From the IMG/VR virus record IMGVR_UViG_3300046740_000431, positions 28,027-92,026 of that record: DNA of 64,000 bases. One strand, 5' to 3'. Position 1 is the first letter of the stretch, and each line of letters begins with the position of its first letter. The notes beneath the pieces are model-generated. The model was not told where the DNA came from. It made no database searches and saw only the letters and a list, made by a program, of their open reading frames with translations. Below, piece by piece: positions 53,691 through 63,292 of the stretch. This stretch comes from a virus. Position numbers and translations under genes: made by a program.

Positions 53691-55810
53691 TTGTTCCTCG
53701 GTCTGGTCGGCCTGGTGTCCGGCGTCACCGGGGCCGGCCCGAGCGTGCCGTCGAACAGGTTGAGGTGTGGGAGGACGGTGGCTGCGTTGTTCGCGGTGGT
53801 CCCGGTTCCGGTCGGGACCGGCGTTCGCTTCGGCCCCTTGGGGTCGACGTTGGCTTTCTTGCCGCCGCCGGCGACCTTCACCGGTCGTGTCCGCACCCCG
53901 GACGGGCTGGGCGACGCGACGTCAGAAACCGCAGGCTCGAAGTGTCGCGGGATCACGTAGTTCTGGAACTGCAGAGACGTCTTGACTCCCTTGTCCCAGT
54001 CGAAGGTGACACCCACGACCTGGTAGTAGCGGATGACCTCGCGGATCGCGCCGCGCGACAACCCGACTAGCGCGCGCGCCAGGGCCAGGTCCCCGAGGAT
54101 CGTGTGCAGCTGGTCGACCTCCTGCGCGAACGTCAGGCGGGCGAGGTTGTTGACGTCGGCCGCGATCGGAAGCGACGCCTGGAGCGCGCTCGCGTCCGTG
54201 ACGAACTCGATCGGCTCGAGCGGCCTGAGGCGCAGTAGGTCCGGGTCGTCGTTGCTACCTCCGAAGCTAGCCAGGTTCCCGGTCTCGGCGGTCCCGCCGG
54301 TCTCCCCGCGGCCCATCTCCTCGTAGATGCCTCGGGCGATCTGGGTCAGCTGGTCGACCGACCTGATCCCCCACATGGGCACGCGCAGGAGCTCGGATTC
54401 CGCCTTCGCCTCCGCCGCTCCTGACCCGGCCGGCGGCCACTGCCCGAAGATCAGGCGTTGCTTCCCCTGCGCGCGGTCGTCGAACGAGATCGTCTGCACC
54501 GTGGGGACGATGGTCACGCCACCGAACTTGCGCTGGACCTTGATGCGCTTGATCTCGCGACCGAGCACGAGCCGCCGGACCCTGACCTGTTCGGACCCGA
54601 CCTGTCTCGACTTCCCGTTCGCGAACGGCGCCGGGATCTTGGAGCCCGGGTCGACGATGTCGAAGATCCGATGGATTGGGCGGATCCAGAGCATCGAGCC
54701 GATGATGTGCGGCATCGCCCCGACGAGCTCGCAGTAGTTGGTGATGAGGTCCCAGTAGGTCGCCTTGCCGCCATTCTCCGGCGTCGACTGGGTCGCCTTG
54801 TCGCCGGTTGCTACGCCAGCGGCGCCGCCACTCGCCTCCTTGGTCTTCGCGGTGGGCGAGGATGCCGCCTTCGCGCGCACGGCGGTCATGCCGTCTACCG
54901 TGCCCGGCGACGGGACGATGCCGTTCGGCCACTCGGTCTCGTTGGTGGCGACCGTGAGTCGGAACCCGTGCTCGAACGGGATGGTCTGGAGGAGGTCCGC
55001 GATCACGTCATTGATCGGCTGGTCGAGCTTCACCTTGGCGACCTGCGCGGCGACGTACTTGGTATCCAGCAGGATGGCGCGGATCTCGCGGCCCTCGATG
55101 GTGATCGTGGCGCCGTTCTCCCCGTGGTCGACGTCCCACGTGTCGGCGGTTGCGTAGAAGAGGAGCGTGCCCTCGTTCACGTCCTTCCGGCCGGTGAACG
55201 GATCGATCATGTCGGTGGTGGTCTTGAGGATCGACAACGGCCGTCCGTCCTCGTCGACGGCGCCGCGCATGCCGCGCGCGAAGTCCTCGGCGCTCACTGC
55301 ACCCAGGTGGATCTCGACGCCGACCGCGCGCATGAGCTGCGGGTCGATCGGGAACTCCACGTAGTCGAAGGTCAGCGAGAAGGTCGGCGCCGAGCGCGGA
55401 TGTGGGAGCGTGAACGTCCCCTTCTTCGGCACCCGGTTGGCGATCACGGTGAAGCCGTCCGTACCGAACGTGAGCGGCTCGATCTCGGTGCGCGGGATGT
55501 TGGAGCTCGTGCGCTGGGAGGTGGCGCCGGCGCCGGGCGTCAGCGCGTTGGACGGCAGCGTCAGGTCGGCGGCGGCGAGCGCCCGGTTGTCGAGCGCGCG
55601 GCGCGGCCGGTGCTTTCCTGTGTCGCTGACGCGCGGCGCGCTGTCGCCCTGGGTCGTGCTCGTGCCCAGGATGCGCGCCTCCTGGGTCTGCGCCGTCAGC
55701 GCGTCGAACGAGATCTCGTCGCGGGGCTTCTGGATCTGGAGCGCCTCGTCGAAGCGGATCACCAGCTTGACGACGCACGACGGGTACCACGACAGGTCGA
55801 TGCCGCTCAC
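53687..55810 (-). CDS. baseplate hub protein
   Basis: Position between the LysM protein and the spike; TITIEGR...IL.D, T.WD.I motifs; GTG coupled to the upstream stop. Confidence 0.72.
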   Translation of the reverse strand: MSGIDLSWYPSCVVKLVIRFDEALQIQKPRDEISFDALTAQTQEARILGTSTTQGDSAPRVSDTGKHRPRRALDNRALAAADLTLPSNALTPGAGATSQRTSSNIPRTEIEPLTFGTDGFTVIANRVPKKGTFTLPHPRSAPTFSLTFDYVEFPIDPQLMRAVGVEIHLGAVSAEDFARGMRGAVDEDGRPLSILKTTTDMIDPFTGRKDVNEGTLLFYATADTWDVDHGENGATITIEGREIRAILLDTKYVAAQVAKVKLDQPINDVIADLLQTIPFEHGFRLTVATNETEWPNGIVPSPGTVDGMTAVRAKAASSPTAKTKEASGGAAGVATGDKATQSTPENGGKATYWDLITNYCELVGAMPHIIGSMLWIRPIHRIFDIVDPGSKIPAPFANGKSRQVGSEQVRVRRLVLGREIKRIKVQRKFGGVTIVPTVQTISFDDRAQGKQRLIFGQWPPAGSGAAEAKAESELLRVPMWGIRSVDQLTQIARGIYEEMGRGETGGTAETGNLASFGGSNDDPDLLRLRPLEPIEFVTDASALQASLPIAADVNNLARLTFAQEVDQLHTILGDLALARALVGLSRGAIREVIRYYQVVGVTFDWDKGVKTSLQFQNYVIPRHFEPAVSDVASPSPSGVRTRPVKVAGGGKKANVDPKGPKRTPVPTGTGTTANNAATVLPHLNLFDGTLGPAPVTPDTRPTRPRNK

Positions 55811-57198
55811 GACGAGGTACCTGCGTTGGGCACGAAGATCATCGTGCCGGCCGGAGGGCTCACCGTGTCGAGCGCGTTGTAGCGCCGCAGCCGCTCCCAG
55901 TCCTCCGAGTTGCCGTACCACTCGAGCGCCACGTCTCGGAGGTCTTGCTGGTCGCGCAGCACGACCACACCGACGGAATCAGCCTCGAGCTGCCGGAGCG
56001 CCGCGAAGCGCTGGCGCGCCGCCACGTGGCGCATCTTGCGCGCGAGCTGGACCGCAGCGCGATTCTGGCAGGCGGCGGCGATGGACGCGCCCGGGTCGGA
56101 GTTGATCAGGGAGTCGGCGAGCCTGCCCGAGCGCCCGAGGTCGATGTCCGAGAGCGCATCGCGCGAGAACGCGTCGGGCGTGATCGAAGTTGGGTCCTGC
56201 GCCGCCAGCATCGCCGGGTAGACGACGCCGTCGAGCGTGTCGATCAGCTGCTGCGCCTGGTCGCGAACGTACGTCGCGATCGTGGTGGCGCGGCGGAGCG
56301 AGTCCGTCGTGTCCGAGATCGCCGAGATCCGCGTCTCGATGGCGTCGCCGATCCCGGACACGGCGCCCTCGATCGTGCCGATGAGACCGTCGATCGCGTC
56401 CGCGAACGACGGGTCGAGGTCGTCGATGCCGTCGAAGTTGGTCCCGTCGTGCAGGTCCGTAGCCGCCGATCTGAACTCCGAGGCCAATCCGGTCAGCGTC
56501 GTCCGCGCCGGCGAGGGCAGTCCGGTGCGCTCGTCTCGCGACATCCACTTGAAGGTGGCCTTCCACACGACGTCGTGGAGGTCGATCCAGTCCTGCTCGA
56601 AGGTGGTCAGCCGACCGGTCCTTCGGAGGTGTGCCCACTGCACCCGGAGCGGTCGCCCGCTGTAGGCGATGTCCTCGAACAGCTCGGCGAGGTCGCGCGC
56701 CGTGAGCAGGCTGCTCGTGACCGATAGCGGGCTATCTGCCGGGACCGACACCCCGTCCGGTACGAAGTCCTGCAGGATCGCCTGGGGCCCGCCGGAGACG
56801 TCGCCGAGAAAGCGGTCCTTCCACGCCCCGTTCATCTCGGTCGGCATCTCGCGACCGCCGAGCACGGTCTGGTTGATCCTCGGGTATCCGGTGTACTCGC
56901 CTTCGTCGATCCGCTGCTCGGAGGTGAACTTGAGGCTTCCCTTGTAGGGCAACGCGCGGCCGCTCAGCTGGATGATGCGGCCGTGCCCGGTCAACTCCGT
57001 GATCACCAGCGGCGGGTTGTCGGATCCTGCCTGCGCGATGGCCTCGGCGAGGGTCAGGTTCCGGTTGCCCGGTGCCCGAACCACGGTGAGCACGGGCGCC
57101 CCGACCCCGATAGCGCGGCCGATGGAGACGTTCGGCACCCTCGGTGTCTGGCGCTGCGCCGTTGCCTTCCCGATGGTGACCTGTGGGATCTTCGGCAT
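55807..57198 (-). CDS. tail tube initiator / LysM-like protein
   Basis: C-terminal DLRDVALEWYG....W..L..YN.L......G..I.VP. Confidence 0.75.
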   Translation of the reverse strand: MPKIPQVTIGKATAQRQTPRVPNVSIGRAIGVGAPVLTVVRAPGNRNLTLAEAIAQAGSDNPPLVITELTGHGRIIQLSGRALPYKGSLKFTSEQRIDEGEYTGYPRINQTVLGGREMPTEMNGAWKDRFLGDVSGGPQAILQDFVPDGVSVPADSPLSVTSSLLTARDLAELFEDIAYSGRPLRVQWAHLRRTGRLTTFEQDWIDLHDVVWKATFKWMSRDERTGLPSPARTTLTGLASEFRSAATDLHDGTNFDGIDDLDPSFADAIDGLIGTIEGAVSGIGDAIETRISAISDTTDSLRRATTIATYVRDQAQQLIDTLDGVVYPAMLAAQDPTSITPDAFSRDALSDIDLGRSGRLADSLINSDPGASIAAACQNRAAVQLARKMRHVAARQRFAALRQLEADSVGVVVLRDQQDLRDVALEWYGNSEDWERLRRYNALDTVSPPAGTMIFVPNAGTSS

Positions 57199-57201
57199 GG
57201 G

Positions 57202-58845
57202 TCACCGGAACGAGAACAGCGGGCGAACCCCGGAGTCGAGCCGGCGCTCGCCCAGGCGAGCGAGATCGTCACCGAACGCCACGGCCACGCGCCCGCCGTC
57301 GATCCCTGGTGGGAAGTTGTTGTTGATCTCGAACTTGCTGCCCCTGAAGTCCTGATACGTGCCGGCGCCCGCCGCGCTCGCGGTGCCGCGCTTGCCGTCG
57401 TCGGCGGCTGAGCTCGCGCCGTTGAGGTCGATCTTGTCGATGCTGACCCCGGGAAGCTTGTTGATCAGCCCGATCACCTTGTTGACGATCCAGATGATCG
57501 CGTCCATCACGGCGTTGATCACGTCGCCGAGGAAGCCGATGTACTTGACGATGATCAGGATCTGAAACAGGAGCGCCCCGGCGAAGACGCTCACGATCGG
57601 CTTGATCGCTTCCCACAGCTTCCCGAGCACGGCGATCACCTTGGTGATGATCCCGCGCCCGGTCTCGACGATCCCGCCGAACGCCTTCACGAACATGTCG
57701 CGGATGCCCCACACGTTTCGCTTGAGCATCTCGAACGCCACGATCAGGACCGTGATCACCGCGCCGATGATCCCCAGGCGTCCGGCGACCGTGCTGATGA
57801 TCCTGATGATGGGACCTCCGGCGGTCGCGAACATGCCGATCCCGGGGTTGGCTGCTTTGGCGGCGAAGAAGTCCATCCCGCCGGCCGCGCCGGCGCGGCG
57901 CTCCATGAACCCCATAGCGCCGCTGAACAGCTGCTTCCCTCGACCGACGATCCCCATCTTCTCCGACGAGACCAGGTTGACGGCCTTCGAGGCGATCAGC
58001 AGCGCCAGGTACGTCTTCGCGGCCTTGACCACGAGGTCCATGTGGCTCGACAGCCCCTTGCCGATCGCGGCTACGACCGGGCCGATGTCGTCGAACATGC
58101 TCTTGATGGCCTGCAGGGACGCGGTGATCGCCGGGATCAGGTTCTTGTAGAACACGCCGATCAGGTCACCGAACGCGTCGCCGAGCTCGCGCCTGACCTG
58201 GAGCATCTGCCGGTAGCTCTCGAGCGTGGCGTCGTTGATCGCGTCGGCGCCCGCGATCGTGTCGTCCTGGATAGCCTTGAGCTTGTCGGGGCCCTGCTTG
58301 AGCATCGACATCATCGCCGCGGCCTGCGACCTGGGTAGGCCGAACCCCTGGATCATCTCGTTGATGTCGAGCTTCCCGTCGACGGCCGCCTTCGACAGCG
58401 CGACGATCCGCTTCTCGGGCCCATCCTTGATCGAGACCCCGAGGTCTTTGTACAGCTTGTTCAGCTTCTGGGTGGTGGCACCGACGCCGGCCATCCCGTC
58501 CTCGAGCTTGGCGCCCTTCGCGGTCATCGACGTGATGATCCGCTCGGCAGATCCCATCTCGATGCCGGAGAGCTCGAACATGTCGAACAGCGAGTGCGCC
58601 TTCTCGGCCGCCAGGCCGGTCATGTCGTGCACGCGCATGACGGCCTGGTAGAGCTGGTCGACGTCGTGGACCCCTTCGGCGATCTTCCACATCCCAGCGA
58701 TCCCGCTGGCGGCGCCGACGATCTCGCCGAGCCCGTGGAATGACGCCATGACGTTCTTCGCGGACTTCGCGAGCATGCTGAGCTTGCTCGCGGCAGCGTC
58801 CGCGCCGTCGATGACGATCTTTTCCCTGAGCTCTACCTCGCTCAT
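57202..58845 (-). CDS. tape measure protein (547 aa)
   Basis: Ala/Gly-rich helical protein with hydrophobic repeats, downstream of the chaperone genes. Confidence 0.82.
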   Translation of the reverse strand: MSEVELREKIVIDGADAAASKLSMLAKSAKNVMASFHGLGEIVGAASGIAGMWKIAEGVHDVDQLYQAVMRVHDMTGLAAEKAHSLFDMFELSGIEMGSAERIITSMTAKGAKLEDGMAGVGATTQKLNKLYKDLGVSIKDGPEKRIVALSKAAVDGKLDINEMIQGFGLPRSQAAAMMSMLKQGPDKLKAIQDDTIAGADAINDATLESYRQMLQVRRELGDAFGDLIGVFYKNLIPAITASLQAIKSMFDDIGPVVAAIGKGLSSHMDLVVKAAKTYLALLIASKAVNLVSSEKMGIVGRGKQLFSGAMGFMERRAGAAGGMDFFAAKAANPGIGMFATAGGPIIRIISTVAGRLGIIGAVITVLIVAFEMLKRNVWGIRDMFVKAFGGIVETGRGIITKVIAVLGKLWEAIKPIVSVFAGALLFQILIIVKYIGFLGDVINAVMDAIIWIVNKVIGLINKLPGVSIDKIDLNGASSAADDGKRGTASAAGAGTYQDFRGSKFEINNNFPPGIDGGRVAVAFGDDLARLGERRLDSGVRPLFSFR

Positions 58846-58846
58846 T

Positions 58847-59118
58847 TCATCTCTTCCTGGCGGCTTCCGCCTGCTTGCGCTCCTCTTCGAGGAGCTCGTG
58901 AACCTGGTCGGCCCAGGACAACAGGGTGACGGTCGGCTCGTGCTGGGCTTCGGTGGCCGGCTGCCGGCCGTAGCGCGAGAGGTACATCAGGAGGCGGTCG
59001 ACGTTGCGGGCGTACTCGGCGGGCGTCCGGTACATCTTCGCCAGGCGAAGCGAGTACAGGACGCCGAATGGGATGAGCGGCCGACGGGTTACGCCCGGAT
59101 CCGTCGGCTCTTGATAAA
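58847..59118 (-). CDS. tail assembly chaperone, frameshift extension (gpGT-like)
   Basis: Open -1 frame overlapping the chaperone 3' end, no convincing own RBS or start. Confidence 0.6.
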
Positions 59119-59538
59119 ACTCCGAGCGGTCGACGCGTTCGGGACGGCGATGTCGGAGTACGCCTGGATCGTGAGCTGGCGGAGCTTCGGGTGCATCTGG
59201 GCCCACAGCTCCTCGCTGGAGCCGTCGTGCTGGTGAACCTCGATGTACTCGCCGGTCTCGTTGATCACGCCGGCGATGGACCGGCGCGCCAGCTGGTAGG
59301 CCAGGTCGATCGACTCGGTGCCAGACGCGGTGGTCGCCGCCTTCTCCTCGAGCGGCGTGAGGAGCTTGAGGCAGATCGTGCGGATCGATCCGAAGCTCGT
59401 GGTGACGTAGCTGAGCAGCCGCTCCTCGTCGTCCGGCACGTCGTACTCGGCGATCGTGCGCGGCCGCGGCGCGGCGTCGATGAGCCCTGGAATGGGCCCG
59501 GGGCGGGCGCCGTTGCCGGTGCGGTTGTGGTTAGCCAT
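59089..59538 (-). CDS. tail assembly chaperone
   Basis: Between tube and tape measure; GAAGGA RBS before MANHN. Confidence 0.72.
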   Translation of the reverse strand: MANHNRTGNGARPGPIPGLIDAAPRPRTIAEYDVPDDEERLLSYVTTSFGSIRTICLKLLTPLEEKAATTASGTESIDLAYQLARRSIAGVINETGEYIEVHQHDGSSEELWAQMHPKLRQLTIQAYSDIAVPNASTARSFIKSRRIRA

Positions 59539-59588
59539 GTTGGATCCTTCTGCCGGCTGGGGTCCGCGGCCGGCGCGCAGGTAGAATG

Positions 59589-60023
59589 TCAGCGCGAGAC
59601 GATGCGGCCGTTCTCGGCCTCCCACGACAGGGTCATCTTGCCGTAGTCGGTGCGCGAGCCGAACGACATCGGGACGTCGGAGAAAAAGACGTTGGGGACA
59701 TTGATGATCGCACGGTCTCCGTCGGGGAACTGGAGGGTCGACTTGATGCCGATCTGGGTTGTGATCGCCCGGTTCTGCGCGCGGGCCTGGATCGCCTGGA
59801 CCAGCGTCAGGGCGTCGCTGTTCTCCATGTCGATCTCGATCTTCCCGGAGAGCCCCTCGAAGAAATCGTCTTTCCGGGGAGAGGTCTCGCCGATGTACTC
59901 CTCGGTCTTGATCGAGAACTTCCAGTTCACGTCGAAGCTCCGCACCGCCGTGATCGTCTTGATCGGGGTTCGGTCGACCACGATGGTCACCGACGTGTCC
60001 TGGCCTGCGATTCTTTGGTCCAT
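59589..60023 (-). CDS. tail tube protein
   Basis: 144-aa beta-rich protein downstream of the sheath; AGGAG RBS. Confidence 0.8.
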   Translation of the reverse strand: MDQRIAGQDTSVTIVVDRTPIKTITAVRSFDVNWKFSIKTEEYIGETSPRKDDFFEGLSGKIEIDMENSDALTLVQAIQARAQNRAITTQIGIKSTLQFPDGDRAIINVPNVFFSDVPMSFGSRTDYGKMTLSWEAENGRIVSR

Positions 60024-60179
60024 GGTGGTGGGCTCCTAAAACGACGAAGGCGCACGCCGCGCGGTTGGTGTTCCGCTTCGGTGTGCGCCCTATCCCTGCT
60101 CGGAAGAGTGGTGTGGCGACGTCGGCCGGACGACCCGGCCTGAGATCACGCTACGTCGCCACGGCGACGAGCGGCAAGG

Positions 60180-60542
60180 TCACTGCGGCTGGACGGTGGC
60201 GAGCTCGCTGAGGATCCCGGTCGCGTCCGTGCCACCGTCCCGGATGATCGAGATCCGGGATCGGAACCCAGGGTTCGCGGTCTGGTCGAGCACGTTCCGC
60301 TCGACGCCGATCGCGGCGACCGGGAACGGCGGCATGCCTGGCAGGAGGAAGTGACTGCCGGGGCCGAGCACCGTGGCCGCGTCGGCGCCGGACGACCCGG
60401 CCGTCACGACTCGGAACCAGAGCCCGGCCCCCCGCGCGGTGAGCCAGTACTGCCGGCGAGGGGACATACTGAGGCCGATCTCCACCGCGCCAGCGCCCGC
60501 GGTGGTCGCGCTTGCCGAGTCCGCTGCTGATACGAACGCCAT
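60180..60542 (-). CDS. hypothetical virion protein
   Basis: 120 aa between sheath and tube; GGAAGG RBS. Confidence 0.6.
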   Translation of the reverse strand: MAFVSAADSASATTAGAGAVEIGLSMSPRRQYWLTARGAGLWFRVVTAGSSGADAATVLGPGSHFLLPGMPPFPVAAIGVERNVLDQTANPGFRSRISIIRDGGTDATGILSELATVQPQ

Positions 60543-60557
60543 GATCCGATCCCTTCC

Positions 60558-62558
60558 TCAGCCCGAGAGCTGAGCGATGTTGAGCACGCCGTAGCCGACG
60601 CTCGCCTGCTGCACGATGGTGTTGGCGATCAGGAGCATCTCGACGCTGTACTGGACGACGAACACCCCGGCGTTGCCGAGCTGCTCGGTGTTGCCACCTA
60701 CTGCGTCGACCGTGTAGCCGCGGATGCGCGCCGCCGTCGTGTTGTTGGGCGAGAGCAGCCCGTCGAAGTAGTCGTGAATCGCGCCGACGATGTCATCCTT
60801 CAGGGCCTCGGTCAGCACCTCCTTCGAGAACGGCGCGAGGAACGATGCGACGTTGTCCTCGACGAAGAACGAGAACCTGCGCGTGTAGATCTCCTTCTCG
60901 CCGGCGAGGAGCGAGCGCGTCACGCCGGACTGGAAGATCATGCCGCTGTCGCGGTCGAGCCGCGGCGCCATGACGCCCTTGGCGCGCAGCTGCGTGTACT
61001 GCCCGATCCCAAGCCCGCTCACGTTGCGCTGGATCGAGAACGCCGACGACATGATCGTCTTGACCGGGTCTCTGGCCTGGCCAGGGTTTCGCTCGGGCGC
61101 CAGCTGGCTCAGGATCGCGGCGTCCCAGCTCGTGGACGGCGTGTCGATCTGGCCGTTCTTGTAGAGCAGGCCGTCCGCGCCCTTGACGTTGGTGCCGACG
61201 GCCTGCGGGATGAACGTCATCACGCCAGGCCAGTTGTAGATCCCCTCGCGCGCTCGGTGCGCCCCGGCGCCAGGGGCGGCGTCCCCGAGCACGGTAGACA
61301 GCGAGGTGGTATCGAGCGGCGGGGCGAACAGCCAGAGGCGGCCGATCCCGGTCTGCTTCTGGGCGGCCACGTGCGCCGTGCCCTTGGTGTCGATGTTGGC
61401 CGACGACCGCGCCGACCACACGTGCGTGATCTCGCGCTCCGGCAGGTCGTCATCGATCAGCGCGTCGATCGCGAGCCCGTAGAGCACGTCGAGCTCGGCG
61501 GTAGATCCGATGTTTGGCGTCTGCACGTTGGCGGTGAACACGATCCCCGTGGTCGGGTCGGTCTTCATGGCGAGGCCGGACAGCGGGTCAGCGCTGAGCG
61601 CGGTGAGCGCCGGCGGTGCCACGGTCGGGGTGACGGTGGTCGCGGCCGCGATCGTGGCGTCCAGGGGGCGCATCGGGACCAGGTAGCTACCAGCCGCCGC
61701 CAGCGCGAGCTCGCCGCCGGTGTCTGCCGTGTCGCCGGTGTGGATCCGCCACGGCAGCGCCGCGGCGGTGGTCCAGTCGAAGGACGCTCCGCTCTGCTTC
61801 TCGATCGAGAGCGCGACGTCGCTGGTCACGCCCTGGACTCGGTACGTGTCGGCGTTGGCTCCGAGCCCGGCGGCGCCGCCGATCACGCCAAGCACCAGCG
61901 CGTCGCCGACGCGAACGCCAAGCGTGCCGTCCGGTCGCACGACGGTCAGGAACCCGCCGCCGGCGGATCCGAACGACTGGGTGGCCGCCGGTGCGCCGGC
62001 CGCGGTGACGGCGCCGTCGACGCCTGTCTTGAACTCCGGCGGCGCCGAGAACTGGACGCGAGCGGCGGTGCGCACGCGGTTGTTGCCGGACTTGAACTCG
62101 CGACCGGCGGGCACGGTCGCGCCGGACAACGGGACGACCGGGACCGGGCTCGTCGCGCTGGCGTTGGTCGGAAGCTTGCGCCACAGCCGGGCCCCGCGGC
62201 TCGATGCGAGGTTGATCGGGACCACGACGAGCCGAGAGAACGCCTTGTTCTGGAGCTCGACGAACCCGTTGCCGTGGTCGCCGCCGAACTCCCCGATCGT
62301 CTCGTCCCAGCCGCCGAGCTTGTCGGCCTGGTCCTGCGCGCCGAAAACCTCCGTGGGCTGCGGCCGCGTGGTGATGACGCCGCTGGCGTCGATCGCGATG
62401 CCGAGCGTGCAGTCCGCGAACTCGCCTACGAGGCAGGCGACCCCCGAACTGACCCCGCCGATCTGCCCGGTCGGCGCCTGGTCGACGGTCACGACGCCCT
62501 CGATCTGAGCGAGGACATCGACACCCGGGAACTGGCTGAATCGTCTGGTGAAACCCAT
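60558..62558 (-). CDS. contractile tail sheath protein
   Basis: N-terminal PGV...E, GVA.LVGE; C-terminal L...GV, G..FQSGVT, I..RR...FV. Confidence 0.88.
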   Translation of the reverse strand: MGFTRRFSQFPGVDVLAQIEGVVTVDQAPTGQIGGVSSGVACLVGEFADCTLGIAIDASGVITTRPQPTEVFGAQDQADKLGGWDETIGEFGGDHGNGFVELQNKAFSRLVVVPINLASSRGARLWRKLPTNASATSPVPVVPLSGATVPAGREFKSGNNRVRTAARVQFSAPPEFKTGVDGAVTAAGAPAATQSFGSAGGGFLTVVRPDGTLGVRVGDALVLGVIGGAAGLGANADTYRVQGVTSDVALSIEKQSGASFDWTTAAALPWRIHTGDTADTGGELALAAAGSYLVPMRPLDATIAAATTVTPTVAPPALTALSADPLSGLAMKTDPTTGIVFTANVQTPNIGSTAELDVLYGLAIDALIDDDLPEREITHVWSARSSANIDTKGTAHVAAQKQTGIGRLWLFAPPLDTTSLSTVLGDAAPGAGAHRAREGIYNWPGVMTFIPQAVGTNVKGADGLLYKNGQIDTPSTSWDAAILSQLAPERNPGQARDPVKTIMSSAFSIQRNVSGLGIGQYTQLRAKGVMAPRLDRDSGMIFQSGVTRSLLAGEKEIYTRRFSFFVEDNVASFLAPFSKEVLTEALKDDIVGAIHDYFDGLLSPNNTTAARIRGYTVDAVGGNTEQLGNAGVFVVQYSVEMLLIANTIVQQASVGYGVLNIAQLSG

Positions 62559-62569
62559 GTTTGTCCTCG

Positions 62570-63292
62570 CTATCCGTGTCCGATAGTGCCTCTCACGATC
62601 GGGCGGGCCAAGGGCAGGAGGTGGACGCGGTACACGGGGCACCATGACTGCAGCCGCATGACCAGCGGCCACACCGCGGCCTGGGCGGTACCCGTGGCGT
62701 CCGGCTGCTGGCCGCTGACGAGGCAGTACTCGGCGACGGCGCCGTGGTAGCGGGGGAGCGCGAGCCGGAACCCGGCGCGCCATTCCACCGGCGAGAACGC
62801 GTCCTCGAGCATGCGGCGAACGCCGGTCCGCTGGATCTTGTCTTCGCACATCACCGTCACCGTCACCTCGTTGAGCTTGTAGAACGAGGTGCACACGAGC
62901 GTGATCACCTTGCCGTTTGCCTCGTCGGGGCCGATGGTAATCGGCCGGCTGTGGTTGACGCCGGTCTCGGTGTCGTAGCTGCCAACCTCGATCGAGTTCA
63001 CCACGGCGCTCGGGGCAGGCACCGACCCGTCGTCGTGATCCGCCCAGTCGGTGACCACGCGGCTCAGGGCGACGCTGCGGCCGGCGATCCCTCCGTCGAG
63101 CCCGGCGACGTACGAGGCGAGCCCGTGCACGATGGCGGTGTGGACATCGTGGTCGGAGCGGGCAGAGAGCGGGTGCTCCTGCTTCGGGACGCGGATCAGG
63201 ACTGAGCCGTCGGGGTCAGGCGTGCGGACCCCGCCGTCGTCCTCGAAGTAGGGTTGTTCGCGGAGTACTCGATCGTCGTCGCAAGTCGTCAT
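62570..63292 (-). CDS. putative tail completion / terminator protein
   Basis: Directly upstream of the sheath; PSA.V motif; ATGA-coupled. Confidence 0.55.
   Translation of the reverse strand: MTTCDDDRVLREQPYFEDDGGVRTPDPDGSVLIRVPKQEHPLSARSDHDVHTAIVHGLASYVAGLDGGIAGRSVALSRVVTDWADHDDGSVPAPSAVVNSIEVGSYDTETGVNHSRPITIGPDEANGKVITLVCTSFYKLNEVTVTVMCEDKIQRTGVRRMLEDAFSPVEWRAGFRLALPRYHGAVAEYCLVSGQQPDATGTAQAAVWPLVMRLQSWCPVYRVHLLPLARPIVRGTIGHG

Noticed and set aside
46790-63292. Extracellular contractile injection system or tailocin
   Set aside because: Linked to terminase, replication, recombination and lysis genes in one continuous phage-like layout; no eCIS ATPase or toxin cargo seen
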